The notes below the pieces were generated by a model that was not told where the DNA came from, ran no database searches, and worked only from the letters and a program-made list of their open reading frames with translations. A stretch of 64,000 nt of DNA, taken from NCBI GenBank assembly GCA_964016885.1, contig OZ024740.1:82026001-82090000 (forward strand), given 5' to 3'. Position 1 is the stretch's first letter, and each line of letters starts with the position of its first letter. The stretch is from Eledone cirrhosa (lineage: Eukaryota). Below are positions 51,313-64,000 of this stretch, piece by piece. The translations under genes were made by a program, and so were the position numbers.

Positions 51313-53550
51313 CTAGCCATCGGGCTTTAACACTGGCTTAAAGTGTTTGAATGTTGCAAAGTTCTTGTGCATGCAGTTCGGGCAGTGTTCAGAGAGTTTG
51401 TTCAGTAGCGGGCCCTTGGCGAATAAAATTTCGTAGCTCTCTGAAATACAAAGGTCGCAGCCCTTGTGTCCTCCGTTGTAAGAGCGCGCTTTCTGGAGTA
51501 TTTTCCAATTAAGCGTGAAGGGGGTGGAGTTCCTTTTGAGGTCCCAAACGTAGGAGGCGAGTGTTGTTTGATTAGATTTATCCGGTCTTCTGAAGGAGTG
51601 GGTATGGGCATACCAGCGGGTCTTAAAGGTGTTGGAGGTTATGCCGATGTAAGTTTTTTTGCAATCCTCGGTGCCCGAGATGACATCGCATTTGTATACG
51701 ATGTCATTTGTGAGGCATTTGTTTTCTAGTGGGCATGCTTCCTTATTAAGGCAATTACATAGAGCCCCAGTCCGGGGATTGGTTTCGGAGGTGGTTGGCT
51801 TATTTAGTTTAGAGTTGTGGTTGGCTATATTCCTAGCTAGGTTAGGTGTGGTGGAGTAAGACAGTCTTATAGTGTTCTTATTAAAGATGGTGTAGTACCT
51901 ATGTTGTATGGGGAAGTGTAATTTCAGTAAAGTGAAGAAAATCCTAGCTATCGGAGTAGATACCTCTCTATTGAAGGGAGGGTTGTACCAGCTAATCTGC
52001 CTATGTCTATTCCTCCTCTGCAATTTTGCGGTGGTTTCTAGGTAAGTTATCTTATCTTTAAATCCGCTACGGGCTAGGGCGTCATTGTAGTAGGAGGCAG
52101 ATGCATTAAAAATATCTTTGTTGGCGGAGAGGCCAGATATTCTAATAGAGACGCTTTTTACTAGGTTATCAGTAATGTTTTGGGGGTGGTTTGAATTAAC
52201 ATTAATATATTTAAGGGACTCGTTAGGTTTGTGGTACGGGTAATAGAGGGAAGTATCTAGGTCGAGAGTGACATCTAAAAAGTTGGCCCTAGTCAAATTA
52301 GAATCTATAGTTATACTAAATCCTAGATTAGAGAAGAAAGAGCTTAAGTTTTTCCGAAACCCATCGGTGGTTCTGGGGCTAACCTTATGCAGGGCGAAGA
52401 GGCCGTCGTCTCGGTATAAACCTCCAGTTAGGCCGGTAAAGAGGTTCTTCAGGTTATGTAGGATGTACAGGCCCACAAGGTCGCTAATTTCAGCCGAGTC
52501 ACTCGCCCCCATGCTAACGTCAAATGGGGTCTGAGATTTCTTGTTGATCCAGTAAGATCCATCGTGTTATAGAAAGGTCTTACGAGCGTGGAGGATAACA
52601 ACTTGCTCGGCATCGGTAATGGTGGTAAAATTCCTGGCAAAGTTAATTGCGTCCTTCAGGAGGGGCTCCGAGATAGAGGCATAGTAGTTTTCTATGTCGA
52701 GTTGCAGGAAGCGAGTGTGGTGTTTATCAGGTAATTCTTGGAACCATGATATTGCCTCAGATGTTCTACTCCAGAGTGGAAGTGGTGAGGCTGCCCGCAA
52801 TAATGGTAGAACTCTATCCAGGATCTTCTTACTGATAGAGCCGATGTCAGAACGAGTGGGGTTGATAAGTCTGACTGATGGTTTGTTGAGGAAATTTCCC
52901 TTATGGTCCTTCAGGGTAAAGTGCGGGGTCTTTACCCTTAAAAGTTCGGTTCGGTCATGTAATTTAAGGGACTTGGCGATTTCTTTTCCGGCCGCGTTTG
53001 TCTCAGTCAGCGCCCTCTCTATTACCTTTTTGTAGGTGGTCGTGATGGTATTTTTTGCCAGCTTATTGTAGGTCTGTGGGTCTACCTCATAAACGTTTTT
53101 GGTTTTATCGGAGGAGACATAAAGATTAGGGGATTTATTTATATTCCGTAATTCGGCATTTAAGTAGGCCTGGAATGGTGTTGTGGCTCTACGGAATTTA
53201 ATATCCTTGATCATCTTGAAGAGGTCTTCCTCAAATGGTTGGAGTAGGCTGTTGGTGGGTGGTGTCTTATTCGTTTTGAAGCCGAACTTCTCATCATTGG
53301 TAGATGCTACATCAGGGTTGTCGAGGAAGAAGGCCCTCCATCTAATTCGCTTGATGAACTCGTCGGTACGTCTGATGAGTGTTTTTAAGTATAGTTTCCT
53401 TGGAGGGATAGGGATGTTCTTCAAGGAAATATCAAGGTCGAGTTTGGTCAGCATGGTTTCTTGATGATGGTTATAAGGGGCACAGAGAGTGCTAAAATGT
53501 ACGTTATTCCGGGTTGAATCGGAGGTAACCACAGTAAGTAAGGTACTCAA
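51313..53550 (-). pseudogene. PLE polyprotein (RT + GIY-YIG), 745 codons, single in-frame TAA at 52567-52569
   Basis: SLKNIPIP, WRAFF, DKT, TLKDHK..RLINP, LDIENYYASI, FDVSMG..DSAE, LYRDDG, FLDVTL, SNHP, WYNPPF, CNC..CPL..CL..IVYKC..YIG..FKTRWYAH, CDLC..E, LLNK..CMH. The two listed ORFs are in frame (KTFL*HDGSYW). Confidence 0.95.
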
Positions 53551-54350
53551 TACATAGCAGAGTATAACAGTTTTAATATAGATGAGATTCTACAGGACTA
53601 GAACTGTTTCATTCATTAGAAATCATCAGGAATCTGGGTATCAAAAAATAAATATGGTATTTATAGTTCTCTACAAGTGGTAGGAGAGGGTGGGGAGTGG
53701 GATGGGTGCAGGTCATTGGTTGATAGAAAAGGGAATTCATTAAAAGCTAATTCTACAAAGCTATAGTTAATTTTTATTTTTATTTATATTTATTTATGTT
53801 TTTAGAGTAACAAAGGCAGACAGGATTCTATAAACAGGTTCCGGATGGCATACCATTCCTTGTCAATAAGTTTCTCTTAAGCTAACAGATGTCTATAAAA
53901 TCAGTGGGGGGTCAGTCATGCTCGATAGAATTAAAGAAAAGGGAGATGCTTTAAAAGCTAAAGTCATTAAGGTTCTACTAAGTGACAAAGGTCTAGAGAA
54001 TTCTGCAGACAGATTCAAAATACTGAGTGCATATCTTACTATTATCTTCGAACTTCTCTTAAACTAATCAACAATATGCCAAAATCAACAGACACATTCA
54101 CAAACCCCCCCCCCAAAATAAACCCCAAAAAACAGAAAAACAAAAAAACACACATAAAAAATAAAAAAACACACATACTCACTCACACACTTACGCGCAA
54201 CCATAAACACACACACAAACACATATACTCACATAAAAACACACACACATATATAAAAAATATATAAATATATATTCATGTACACACACATACATACACA
54301 CATACATACATACATACATATATAATACATATACACATATACATACGCAC

Positions 54351-54397
<47 letters not shown>

Positions 54398-54466
54398 TAT
54401 ACATATATATACATACATATATATATACATATACAAACATATATACATATATATACATACAAATAT

Positions 54467-54523
54467 CGGTGCCCCAGCATGGCCTCAGCCGGATGGCTGA
54501 AACAGGTAAAAGAGTAAAAGAGT
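54467..54523 (+). mobile_element. Short 3' tail of an RTE-like LINE or partner SINE inserted in one pLTR copy
   Basis: ccagcatggcctcagccggatggctgaaacaggtaaaagagtaaaagag; absent from the other two pLTR copies. Confidence 0.65.
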
Positions 54524-54555
54524 ATACACACATACACACACACACACATATATAC

Positions 54556-54652
<97 letters not shown>

Positions 54653-54811
54653 GATACACACACACATACACATACATACACACACACACACATATATATA
54701 CACAAATAAATACACTCACACGCATACAAACAAACACGAGTATACATATGTATAAATATACACACATACACACACACACACATATATACGTATATATATA
54801 TATACATATAC

Positions 54812-54926
<115 letters not shown>

Positions 54927-55139
54927 GATACACACACACATACACATACATACACACACACACATATATATACACAAATAAATACACTCACACGCATACA
55001 AACAAACACGAGTATACATATGTATAAATATCTATACACACACACATACACACATATATATATATACACACACATACACATATATATATATATATATATA
55101 CATATATATATACACATATATATACATACATATACATAC

Positions 55140-55195
<56 letters not shown>

Positions 55196-55197
55196 AT

Positions 55198-56430
55198 ACT
55201 AGGATTTAGTATAACTATAGATTCTAATTTGACTAGGGCCAACCTCTTAGATGTCACTCTCGACCTAGATACTTCCCTCTATTACCCGTACCACAAACCT
55301 AACGAGTCCCTTAAATATATTAATGTTAATTCAAACCACCCACAAAACATTACTGATAACCTAGTAAAAAGCGTCTCTATTAGAATATCTGGCCTCTCCG
55401 CCAACAAAGATATTTTTAATGCATCTGCCTCCTACTACAATGACGCCCTAGCCCGTAGCGGATTTAAAGATAAGATAACTTACCTAGAAACCACCGCAAA
55501 ATTGCAGAGGAGGAATAGACATAGGCAGATTAGCTGGTACAACCCTCCCTTCAATAGAGAGGTATCTACTCCGATAGCTAGGATTTTCTTCACTTTACTG
55601 AAATTACACTTCCCCATACAACATAGGTACTACACCATCTTTAATAAGAACACTATAAGACTGTCTTACTCCACCACACCTAACCTAGCTAGGAATATAG
55701 CCAACCACAACTCTAAACTAAATAAGCCAACCACCTCCGAAACCAATCCCCGGACTGGGGCTCTATGTAATTGCCTTAATAAGGAAGCATGCCCACTAGA
55801 AAACAAATGCCTCACAAATGACATCGTATACAAATGCGATGTCATCTCGGGCACCGAGGATTGCAAAAAAACTTACATCGGCATGACCTCCAACACCTTT
55901 AAGACCCGCTGGTATGCCCATACCCACTCCTTCAGAAGACCGGATAAATCTAATCAAACAACACTCGCCTCCTACGTTTGGGACCTCAAAAGGAACTCCA
56001 CCCCCTTCACGCTTAATTGGAAAATACTCCAGAAAGCGCGCTCTTACAACGGAGGACACAAGGGCTGCGACCTTTGTATTTCAGAGAGCTACGAAATTTT
56101 ATTCGCCAAGGGCCCGCTACTGAACAAACTCTCTGAACACTGCCCGAACTGCATGCACAAGAACTTTGCAACATTCAAACACTTTAAGCCAGTGTTAAAG
56201 CCCGATGGCTAGAAACGACCTCCCCCTATTGGCCCCTTTACCTCCTCCCCACCCTACTCCCACCCCTCCTCAACCTGAAATACGGCCACTATGGTCATGT
56301 GAGTACCTCTTTCGTATCTACATTTTCTGCCTGTAGAGGTGTCTTTATGTGCCTGTGTATATGCGTATATTTATTGGGTACCTATTTACTTGTTTGTGTA
56401 TATATTTGTTTGTATATGTGTATATGTGTA

Positions 56431-56479
<49 letters not shown>

Positions 56480-56621
56480 ATGTATGTGTGTGTATATGTA
56501 TGTGTATATATATATGTTTGTGTGTATATGTGTTTTATGTGTGTATATTTATGTAGGTATATGTATGTATGTGTTTGTGTATATGTATGTATGTATGTAT
56601 ATGTGTATGTGTGTGTATATG

Positions 56622-56666
<45 letters not shown>

Positions 56667-56819
56667 GTATATATATATATGTATATATATATATATGTGT
56701 GTGTATATGTATTTTTATGTATATATATATGTGTGTATATATATATGTTTGTGTGTATATGTGTTTTATGTGTGTATATTTATGTATGTATATGTATGTA
56801 TGTGTTTGTGTATATGTAT

Positions 56820-56893
<74 letters not shown>

Positions 56894-57065
56894 GTATATT
56901 TATATATATATATATATATGTATGTGCGTATGTATGTGTATTGTATGTATGTATGTATACGTGTGTATGTGTGTGTGTATGTTTATGTATGATATGTATG
57001 TGTAGTGTGTGTATGTATGTGTGTGTATATGTGTGTATATATATGTGTATATGTATGTGTATATA

Positions 57066-57109
<44 letters not shown>

Positions 57110-57125
57110 GTGTATGTGTATGTGT

Positions 57126-57158
<33 letters not shown>

Positions 57159-57218
57159 ATGCATGTATATGTATGTATGTGTGTATGTATGTATGTGTGT
57201 ATATATATATATATGTAT

Positions 57219-57284
<66 letters not shown>

Positions 57285-57374
57285 GTGTATAAGTGTGCAT
57301 TTGTATATATGTATATGTATGTGTGTGTGTGTATGTATGAATGTATGTGTGTGCGTGTGTGTGTGTGTGTATAT

Positions 57375-57422
<48 letters not shown>

Positions 57423-57566
57423 ATATATATATATGTGCATGAGATAGAGAGTGTGTGTGTATATATATTTTGTGTGTCGGTGTGTGTATGTGTGTATGCG
57501 CGCGTGTGTGTGTATATGTGTATATATATGTATGTGTATGTGTATATGTATGTATGTGTATATATG

Positions 57567-57601
<35 letters not shown>

Positions 57602-57755
57602 GTATATATGTATATATATATATGTATGTATATGTATATATATATGTATATATGTGTATGTATATGTGTGTGTATATGTGCGTTATATGTCTGTATATAT
57701 ATGTGTATATTTATGTATAGGTCTGTGTATGTATGTGTATGTTTTGTGTATGTAT

Positions 57756-57801
<46 letters not shown>

Positions 57802-57821
57802 TTGTATATGTGTGTGTATAG

Positions 57822-57853
<32 letters not shown>

Positions 57854-58296
57854 GTATGTATATGTATGTATATATATGTGTATATATATATGTATATATA
57901 TATATATATATGTGTATGCGTGTGTATATATATATATATATGTGTGTATGTGTGTGTGTATAGATATTTATACATATGTATACTCGTGTTTGTTTGTATG
58001 CGTGTGAGTGTATTTATTTGTGTATATATATGTGTGTGTGTGTGTATGTATGTGTATGTGTGTGTGTGTATCTGTGTGTGTGTATATATATTATATATAT
58101 ATATATATTTTATACTATATTGTGTGTATATATATATGTATATGTATATATATATATACGTATATATGTGTGTGTGTGTGTATGTGTGTATATTTATACA
58201 TATGTATACTCGTGTTTGTTTGTATGCGTGTGAGTGTATTTATTTGTGTATATATATGTGTGTGTGTGTGTATGTATGTGTATGTGTGTGTGTATC

Positions 58297-58387
<91 letters not shown>

Positions 58388-58492
58388 GTATATATGTGTG
58401 TGTGTGTGTATGTGTGTATATGTATATTTGTATGTATATATATGTATATATGTTTGTATATGTATATATATATGTATGTATATATATGTATA

Positions 58493-58535
<43 letters not shown>

Positions 58536-59383
58536 GTGCGTATGTATATGTGTATATGTATTATATATGTATGTATGTATGTATGTGTGTATGTATGTGT
58601 GTGTACATGAATATATATTTATATATTTTTTATATATGTGTGTGTGTTTTTATGTGAGTATATGTGTTTGTGTGTGTGTTTATGGTTGCGCGTAAGTGTG
58701 TGAGTGAGTATGTGTGTTTTTTTGTTTTTTATGTGTGTTTTTTTGTTTTTCTGTTTTTTTGGTTTTTTGTTTTTTTGTTTTTTTGTGAATGTGTCTGTTG
58801 ATTTTGGCATATTGTTGATTAGTTTAAGAGAAGTTCGAAGATAATAGTAAGATATGCACTCAGTATTTTGAATCTGTCTGCAGAATTCTCTAGACCTTTG
58901 TCACTTAGTAGAACCTTAATGACTTTAGCTTTTAAAGAATCTCCCTTTTCTTTAATTCTATCGAGCATGACTGACCCCCCACTGATTTTATAGACATCTG
59001 TTAGCTTAAGAGAAACTTATTGACAAGGAATGGTATGCCATCCGGAACCTGTTTATAGAATTCTGTCTGCCTTTGTTACTCTAAAAACATAAATAAATAT
59101 AAATAAAAATAAAAATTAACTATAGCTTTGTAGAATTAGCTTTTAATGAATTCCCTTTTCTATCAACCAATGACCTGCACCCATCCCACTCCCCACCCTC
59201 TCCTACCACTTGTAGAGACCTATAAATACCATATTTATTTTTTGATACCCAGATTCCTGATGATTTCTAATGAATGAAACAGTTCTAGTCCTGTAGAATC
59301 TCATCTATATTAAAACTGTTATAATCTGCTATGTATTGAGTACCTTACTTACTGTGGTTACCTCCGATTCAACCCGGAATAAC

Positions 59384-59385
<2 letters not shown>
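55198..59385 (+). mobile_element. 5'-truncated inverted copy of the same PLE
   Basis: 55229-56212 differs from the matching part of the minus-strand ORF at 2 residues; 3' region mirrors 48205-51312. Confidence 0.95.
59251..59301 (+). ncRNA. Canonical type I HHR of the young PLE
   Basis: agattc-CTGATGA-tttc taat gaat-GAA-acag ttctagtc ctgt-A-gaatct, with a GUA cleavage triplet. Confidence 0.9.
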
Positions 59386-59441
<56 letters not shown>

Positions 59442-59446
<5 letters not shown>

Positions 59447-59633
59447 TAAACAGAATAGAAAATGCTGACAAATTGTTCACAGTGAAAAATAGTTTAATTA
59501 GGAATAAGTGAGAATTAGTAATTCTATTGTTTAGTATTCAGTTTTGGTTTTAAGTTTTACCGGTTGCGCATTTCTAATGCATTTCAAAAATAATTTTGAG
59601 ATAGAGCGTCCGTGATGTTTGCTCTGATCTGTG
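59442..59633 (-). mobile_element. PLE terminus related to the end at 16167, variant HHR-like motif at 59555-59590
   Basis: ttt-TTGAAAT-gcatt aga aatgc-GCAA-ccgg-TA-aaa parallels 16236-16271. Confidence 0.55.
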
Positions 59634-59689
59634 TATATATATATATTACTAGACTTAATAAAATAATTTCAGTTTGCATTATACCCAAA

Positions 59690-60610
59690 ATTACTGATAT
59701 GGCACCTTTACCCTCGATGAATAATTCTTTCACAGGGATTCATTGGTTCTAGAGCATACGTAACCACGAACACTCACGCTACATCCAATTCCACATCCAC
59801 TGCTACCACTCTTTCATAAAGCCCTAAACTTATTAACTTCACCAAAAGGGTTCAAATGTATAAGCTTTTCGAAGTTGATGTCATTTTAAATGCTCGTAAT
59901 TTCGTAATAAATTTCGACTATTTTATTTGGTTTCTAAAAATCAAATAGAACCACTCTCGACATGAGCAAGGGCGTCAGCGTTTCGGCTGTGGTGAAAGCC
60001 TTATTGGTCTAGGTGTACGTCGGTTGTCTGTACTGTGATGATGGTATTTTAAGTATGGCTAAATATGGTCCCCAAGCTATTAATAGGTTCAGATATGAGC
60101 TTATCACTTTTTTTAACAACTTAATTTCCTGTTGAACTACATAAGTAACAACCTGTTAAAAACACCAAACGCGCTTCATTATGGTTCATCCGTTTATCAG
60201 GTAACGAGGATATATTCACTGATCAACTTAAATGCGCGTAAGTCTGTGATAAAGTTTGACAACTCTATTTAAAAACATCAAATATTATCCCTTTTGACGT
60301 GATCATGTGTGTCACTTATTCGGCGGAGGTCAAATGCCTTATTTGTCTCTTTTTGCATTTCATCATCATCTTTTGTATCTGACTAAATATGGGGCCCCAG
60401 CTATTAGTAGGTTTAGAAAGGAGCTTATCACAATCTTTAAAATTTTCAACTTTTACATTCTTGTTGAGGCGATTGTATCGTTGGTGAATTTCTTCGATGT
60501 GACATTCAATATGTTGAACATCATCTACTACCCGTATATAAAGGCTAATGACTCATTAAATTACGTTAACAAGCTGCAATGGCTCTTTCCGATCGAGTGC
60601 CAGAAAATTC
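59690..60610 (+). mobile_element. Decayed PLE RT fragments
   Basis: LYCDDG; SRFRKELITIFK..VNFFDVTFN..YYPYIKANDSLNYVN; a block is duplicated at about 60058 and 60382. Confidence 0.75.
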
Positions 60611-60649
60611 TCGTCTCCATATAGATCACCTGATATGATAATATATTTT

Positions 60650-61060
60650 TATCCTTGACGTCCCAGACCAGGTCGGTCAGTCGTGTGTGTGAGCGCTTGG
60701 ATCTGTTGTTGATGTAGCTTCAATGTTTGTGTAATCACACCTTAAATATTCTTGAACCGGTGCCGATGTATGTTAGTCACAATACCACACTGGTACACTA
60801 TGTTCTTATTGAGGCTCTCATTTACCAGTGGACACTCCTCTCTTCATTTGCAATTGCATCTTTGCATCCTCGTCTCAGTGAAGTCTTGTTGATGCTTTTA
60901 CTCTATATCTGCTAAAAAGTTTGTATTTGTGTGTCGGTGGAAATGATACATGAAGCGCATGAAGAAGTTTCCGGAAACATTAGTAGCGACGTATCTCGAG
61001 TGCTGGGCGTTGTGCCAAGTCACTGTTCGACTTCTGGTTTAGTTTCTTCCTTCGCCATCT
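60650..61060 (-). mobile_element. Decayed PLE linker and GIY-YIG fragment
   Basis: RTVTWHN, CNCK*REECPL..NKNIVYQC, YIGT..FK, LVWDVK. Confidence 0.75.
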
Positions 61061-61563
61061 AAAAAACATATTTTCTCCGCCCTATCATTTGTACCAAATC
61101 CACAGATACACACTGAAACTTACACCAGAACACACACGTTGTGCAGCAATTAACATACACCGTCAACATGTAAGATTACAATAAAACGGGAGAAAACATA
61201 TTAGTATCGCTCATGATGCCATAGTTGTGTGCGAAAGATCTTTTAGAGACTATATGTATATATATTAATATCTACATTTATAACTGTTAGTCAATCAATG
61301 ATAAATTACCTATTGGAATATGAAATATACAGAAGCGAAAACCAACCAAATCCAAACTGTGAGTGTCTTATATATTTCTGACAATATTTTAACATGACCC
61401 TCCCCAAATATAACAATATTTTTCTCATCACGCGATTACATATAAAAAACATTGCAAAACAAATTCATCGCCATATACACACACACGTGCACACACACAC
61501 ACCCACACACGCACACACACATATACACACACACATACACACACATATGTATGAGCATGTTTT

Positions 61564-62729
61564 TCTGGCATGACACCTATAATTTTGATTTAGATTAAAT
61601 TCATTTGATTTATCTTAATTTTGAATATAGATATATAAATACGGGTCCTTAATTGTAGAGCTAACTCTGTTGAATGGAGTCGACTGCTGTTTCTAGTTGT
61701 CGATAACCCTATTCACGCCACTGGGACGAAGCTAGTATGATGTGTGTATTTCTAGTAAGTATAGCACGTGCTGCTGGCCAGTCGCTGATTTGAACTTGAA
61801 GTGTAAACACTGATCGCGGTAACTTCTTCCTTGTTGAAAATCCAAGTCTCCACTTCCGTGGTTTGCCAGCCGATTAATTGGTGAAATATATTTCTTTAAT
61901 GGAATATATACAGGGAAGATTAAGCATATTATAAGGTATCTATTTTTGAAGTTCTGGTCAACTTTATTTAATTCCCTACCTAGCTATGTGTGGTTACACA
62001 CTTGTAAAAATTATCTCCTGTGATTATTCATGTTTATTTATATGTTAATCAATTTCTAGTTATTATAAAATGCTCGGATCTACACGTTACAATCTTAGAG
62101 CTTATTTTGCGGGTGATATAGCACCTGTTGGTCTGGCATGACACCAATGATTTTGATTTAGATTAAATTCATTTGATTTATCTTAATTTGGGATATAGAT
62201 ATATAAATACGGCTCCTTAATTGTAGAGCTAACTCTGTTGAATGGACTCGACTGCTGTTTCTAGTTGTCGATAACCCTATTCACGCCACTGGGACGAAGC
62301 TAGTATGGTGTGTGTAATTCTAGTAAGTATAGCACGTGCTGCTGGCCAGTCGCTGATTTGAACTTGAAGTGTAAACACGCATCGCTGGAATTTCTTCCTT
62401 GTTGAAAATCCAAGTCTCCACTTCCGTGGTTTACCATCCGATTAATTGGTGAAATATATTTCTTTAATGGAATATATACAGGGAAGATTAATCATATTAT
62501 AAAGTATATATTTTTGAAGTTCTGGTCAACTTTATTTAGTTACCTACCTAGCTATGTGTGGTTACACACTTGTAAAAAATGTCTCCTGTGATTATTCATG
62601 TTTATTTATATGTTAATCAATTTCTAGTTATTATAAAACGCTCGGACCTACTCGTTAGAATCTTAGAGCTTATTTTGCGGGTGATATGGCGCATTTTGAT
62701 TAAATTCATTTGATTTATCTTAATTTTGG

Positions 62730-62730
<1 letters not shown>
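61564..62730 (+). mobile_element. 568-bp tandem retrozyme-like array (about 2 units); HHRs at 61826-61918 and 62394-62486
   Basis: Units start at 61564 and 62132; cttccttg-TTGAAAA-tcca..tggt-GAAA-tatatt..aatata-TA-cagggaag in both; non-coding; ends in (TA)n. Confidence 0.88.
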
Positions 62731-62784
<54 letters not shown>

Positions 62785-62785
62785 T

Positions 62786-62856
<71 letters not shown>

Positions 62857-63596
62857 TATGTATATATATATAGGTGTGTGTGTATAATGTATACATATAT
62901 ATTTTTTTTTTTTCTGTATATATGTATGTATGTGTGTATGTGCCTGCAGGGTATCCAAAATCCTCCTCCTCGCCAAGTAAACATGGTGAGGTTGCCGGTA
63001 TAGTCGCGACGACCCGACCATGCGACAGGTTGTACTGCGTTACCTGTTACCTATAGCACTCAAGATTGACCCGACATAATGAGGGTGATTTGGGACACCT
63101 GCAGAACAAAAATACAAAATCTGACAACGGGCGGAACACCACATATAAGTCAACGGCCATCCCAAAGGTTGTAAATATGTATATACACATGTACATATGT
63201 ATGTATACGTGTATATGCAGGGGTGGATGTGTATGTATATGCGCGAGGACAGAAATAGTCGGGCTGGACACCCGATCGCGCGGTTAAACCAGTGGGAGTG
63301 AAGGATCCCTAGCCTTAGTCACGGCATTCTTCTAGAAGTGAACTCAGGAAATTGGGATAACTCCGATATAAAACCTGCGGCTCAGTAGTTACCGATGATG
63401 TTGATCTTTTCTTATTTTCGAGTTATAGCTACTGTCGCTCAGAAAGTGGGATTGGCTCAGTGCACAGTCTTCCGCCACTTTAAATAATATCTTCACGCAC
63501 AGGCATTGCACGATAGAATTAATTAATAATTATTAATAATGGTATATCGTGCAACGGCCATACTCGATAACGAGGGGCAGCCGTCATATGTGTATG

Positions 63597-63660
<64 letters not shown>

Positions 63661-64000
63661 TATATATTGAAAGGATAACATATACATATATATAGTATAT
63701 ATATATATATACTATACTTATGTATGCGTGCGTGTATTTATTATTAGCTACTTAGCAACTTCTGATCTCTTAAATAGACCTGTCCTATAATATATATCCG
63801 TAGAGAAAAGGAAATTGAACGGATATTTTATGTAAATCTAATAACAGAGGCACTACTAAATTCGTTATTGCATACTGCTGTATAGATATATTTCGTTCAC
63901 TATCTGATTACCTATTTTAAAAGACGATCATCTTTTTATAATTTTATATGCTCACTGTTGTACCCAAAATGCAGTCACAACCACACATCTAGAAGCACGT

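Noticed and set aside
61659-61733. Twister ribozyme reading of the conserved hairpin (agc-TAA-ctc..tttctag..)
   Set aside because: Pseudoknot pairings and P2 could not be completed, and the related 558-bp unit lacks the UAA; kept as an unassigned hairpin.

Overview
AT-rich eukaryotic DNA, probably an octopod cephalopod (inferred from the SINE families and the density of (TA)n). No intact host gene was found; there is one probable decayed LRR-transmembrane pseudogene at about 25.5-28 kb. Much of the window is Penelope-like retroelements (PLEs; RT + GIY-YIG) and short non-coding relatives, inserted and nested into (TA)n tracts. Reading both strands by eye shows about 40 hammerhead-ribozyme (HHR) motifs from about 20 families, several with non-canonical cores. 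About 18 inserts have the same fold-back layout, with 5' ends joined in the centre and 3' ends facing (TA)n on both sides. The largest is an 11-kb palindrome (48205-59385) holding a near-intact PLE ORF with one in-frame TAA. Six non-coding tandem or terminally redundant units of 323-568 bp each carry one HHR, like retrozymes. Three of these share an octamer...TATA module with fixed 42-43 nt spacing upstream of the ribozyme, which suggests self-promoting, self-cleaving circular-RNA parasites of the PLE machinery. All alignments and folds were done manually; none of the ribozyme, promoter or circle activities has been tested.
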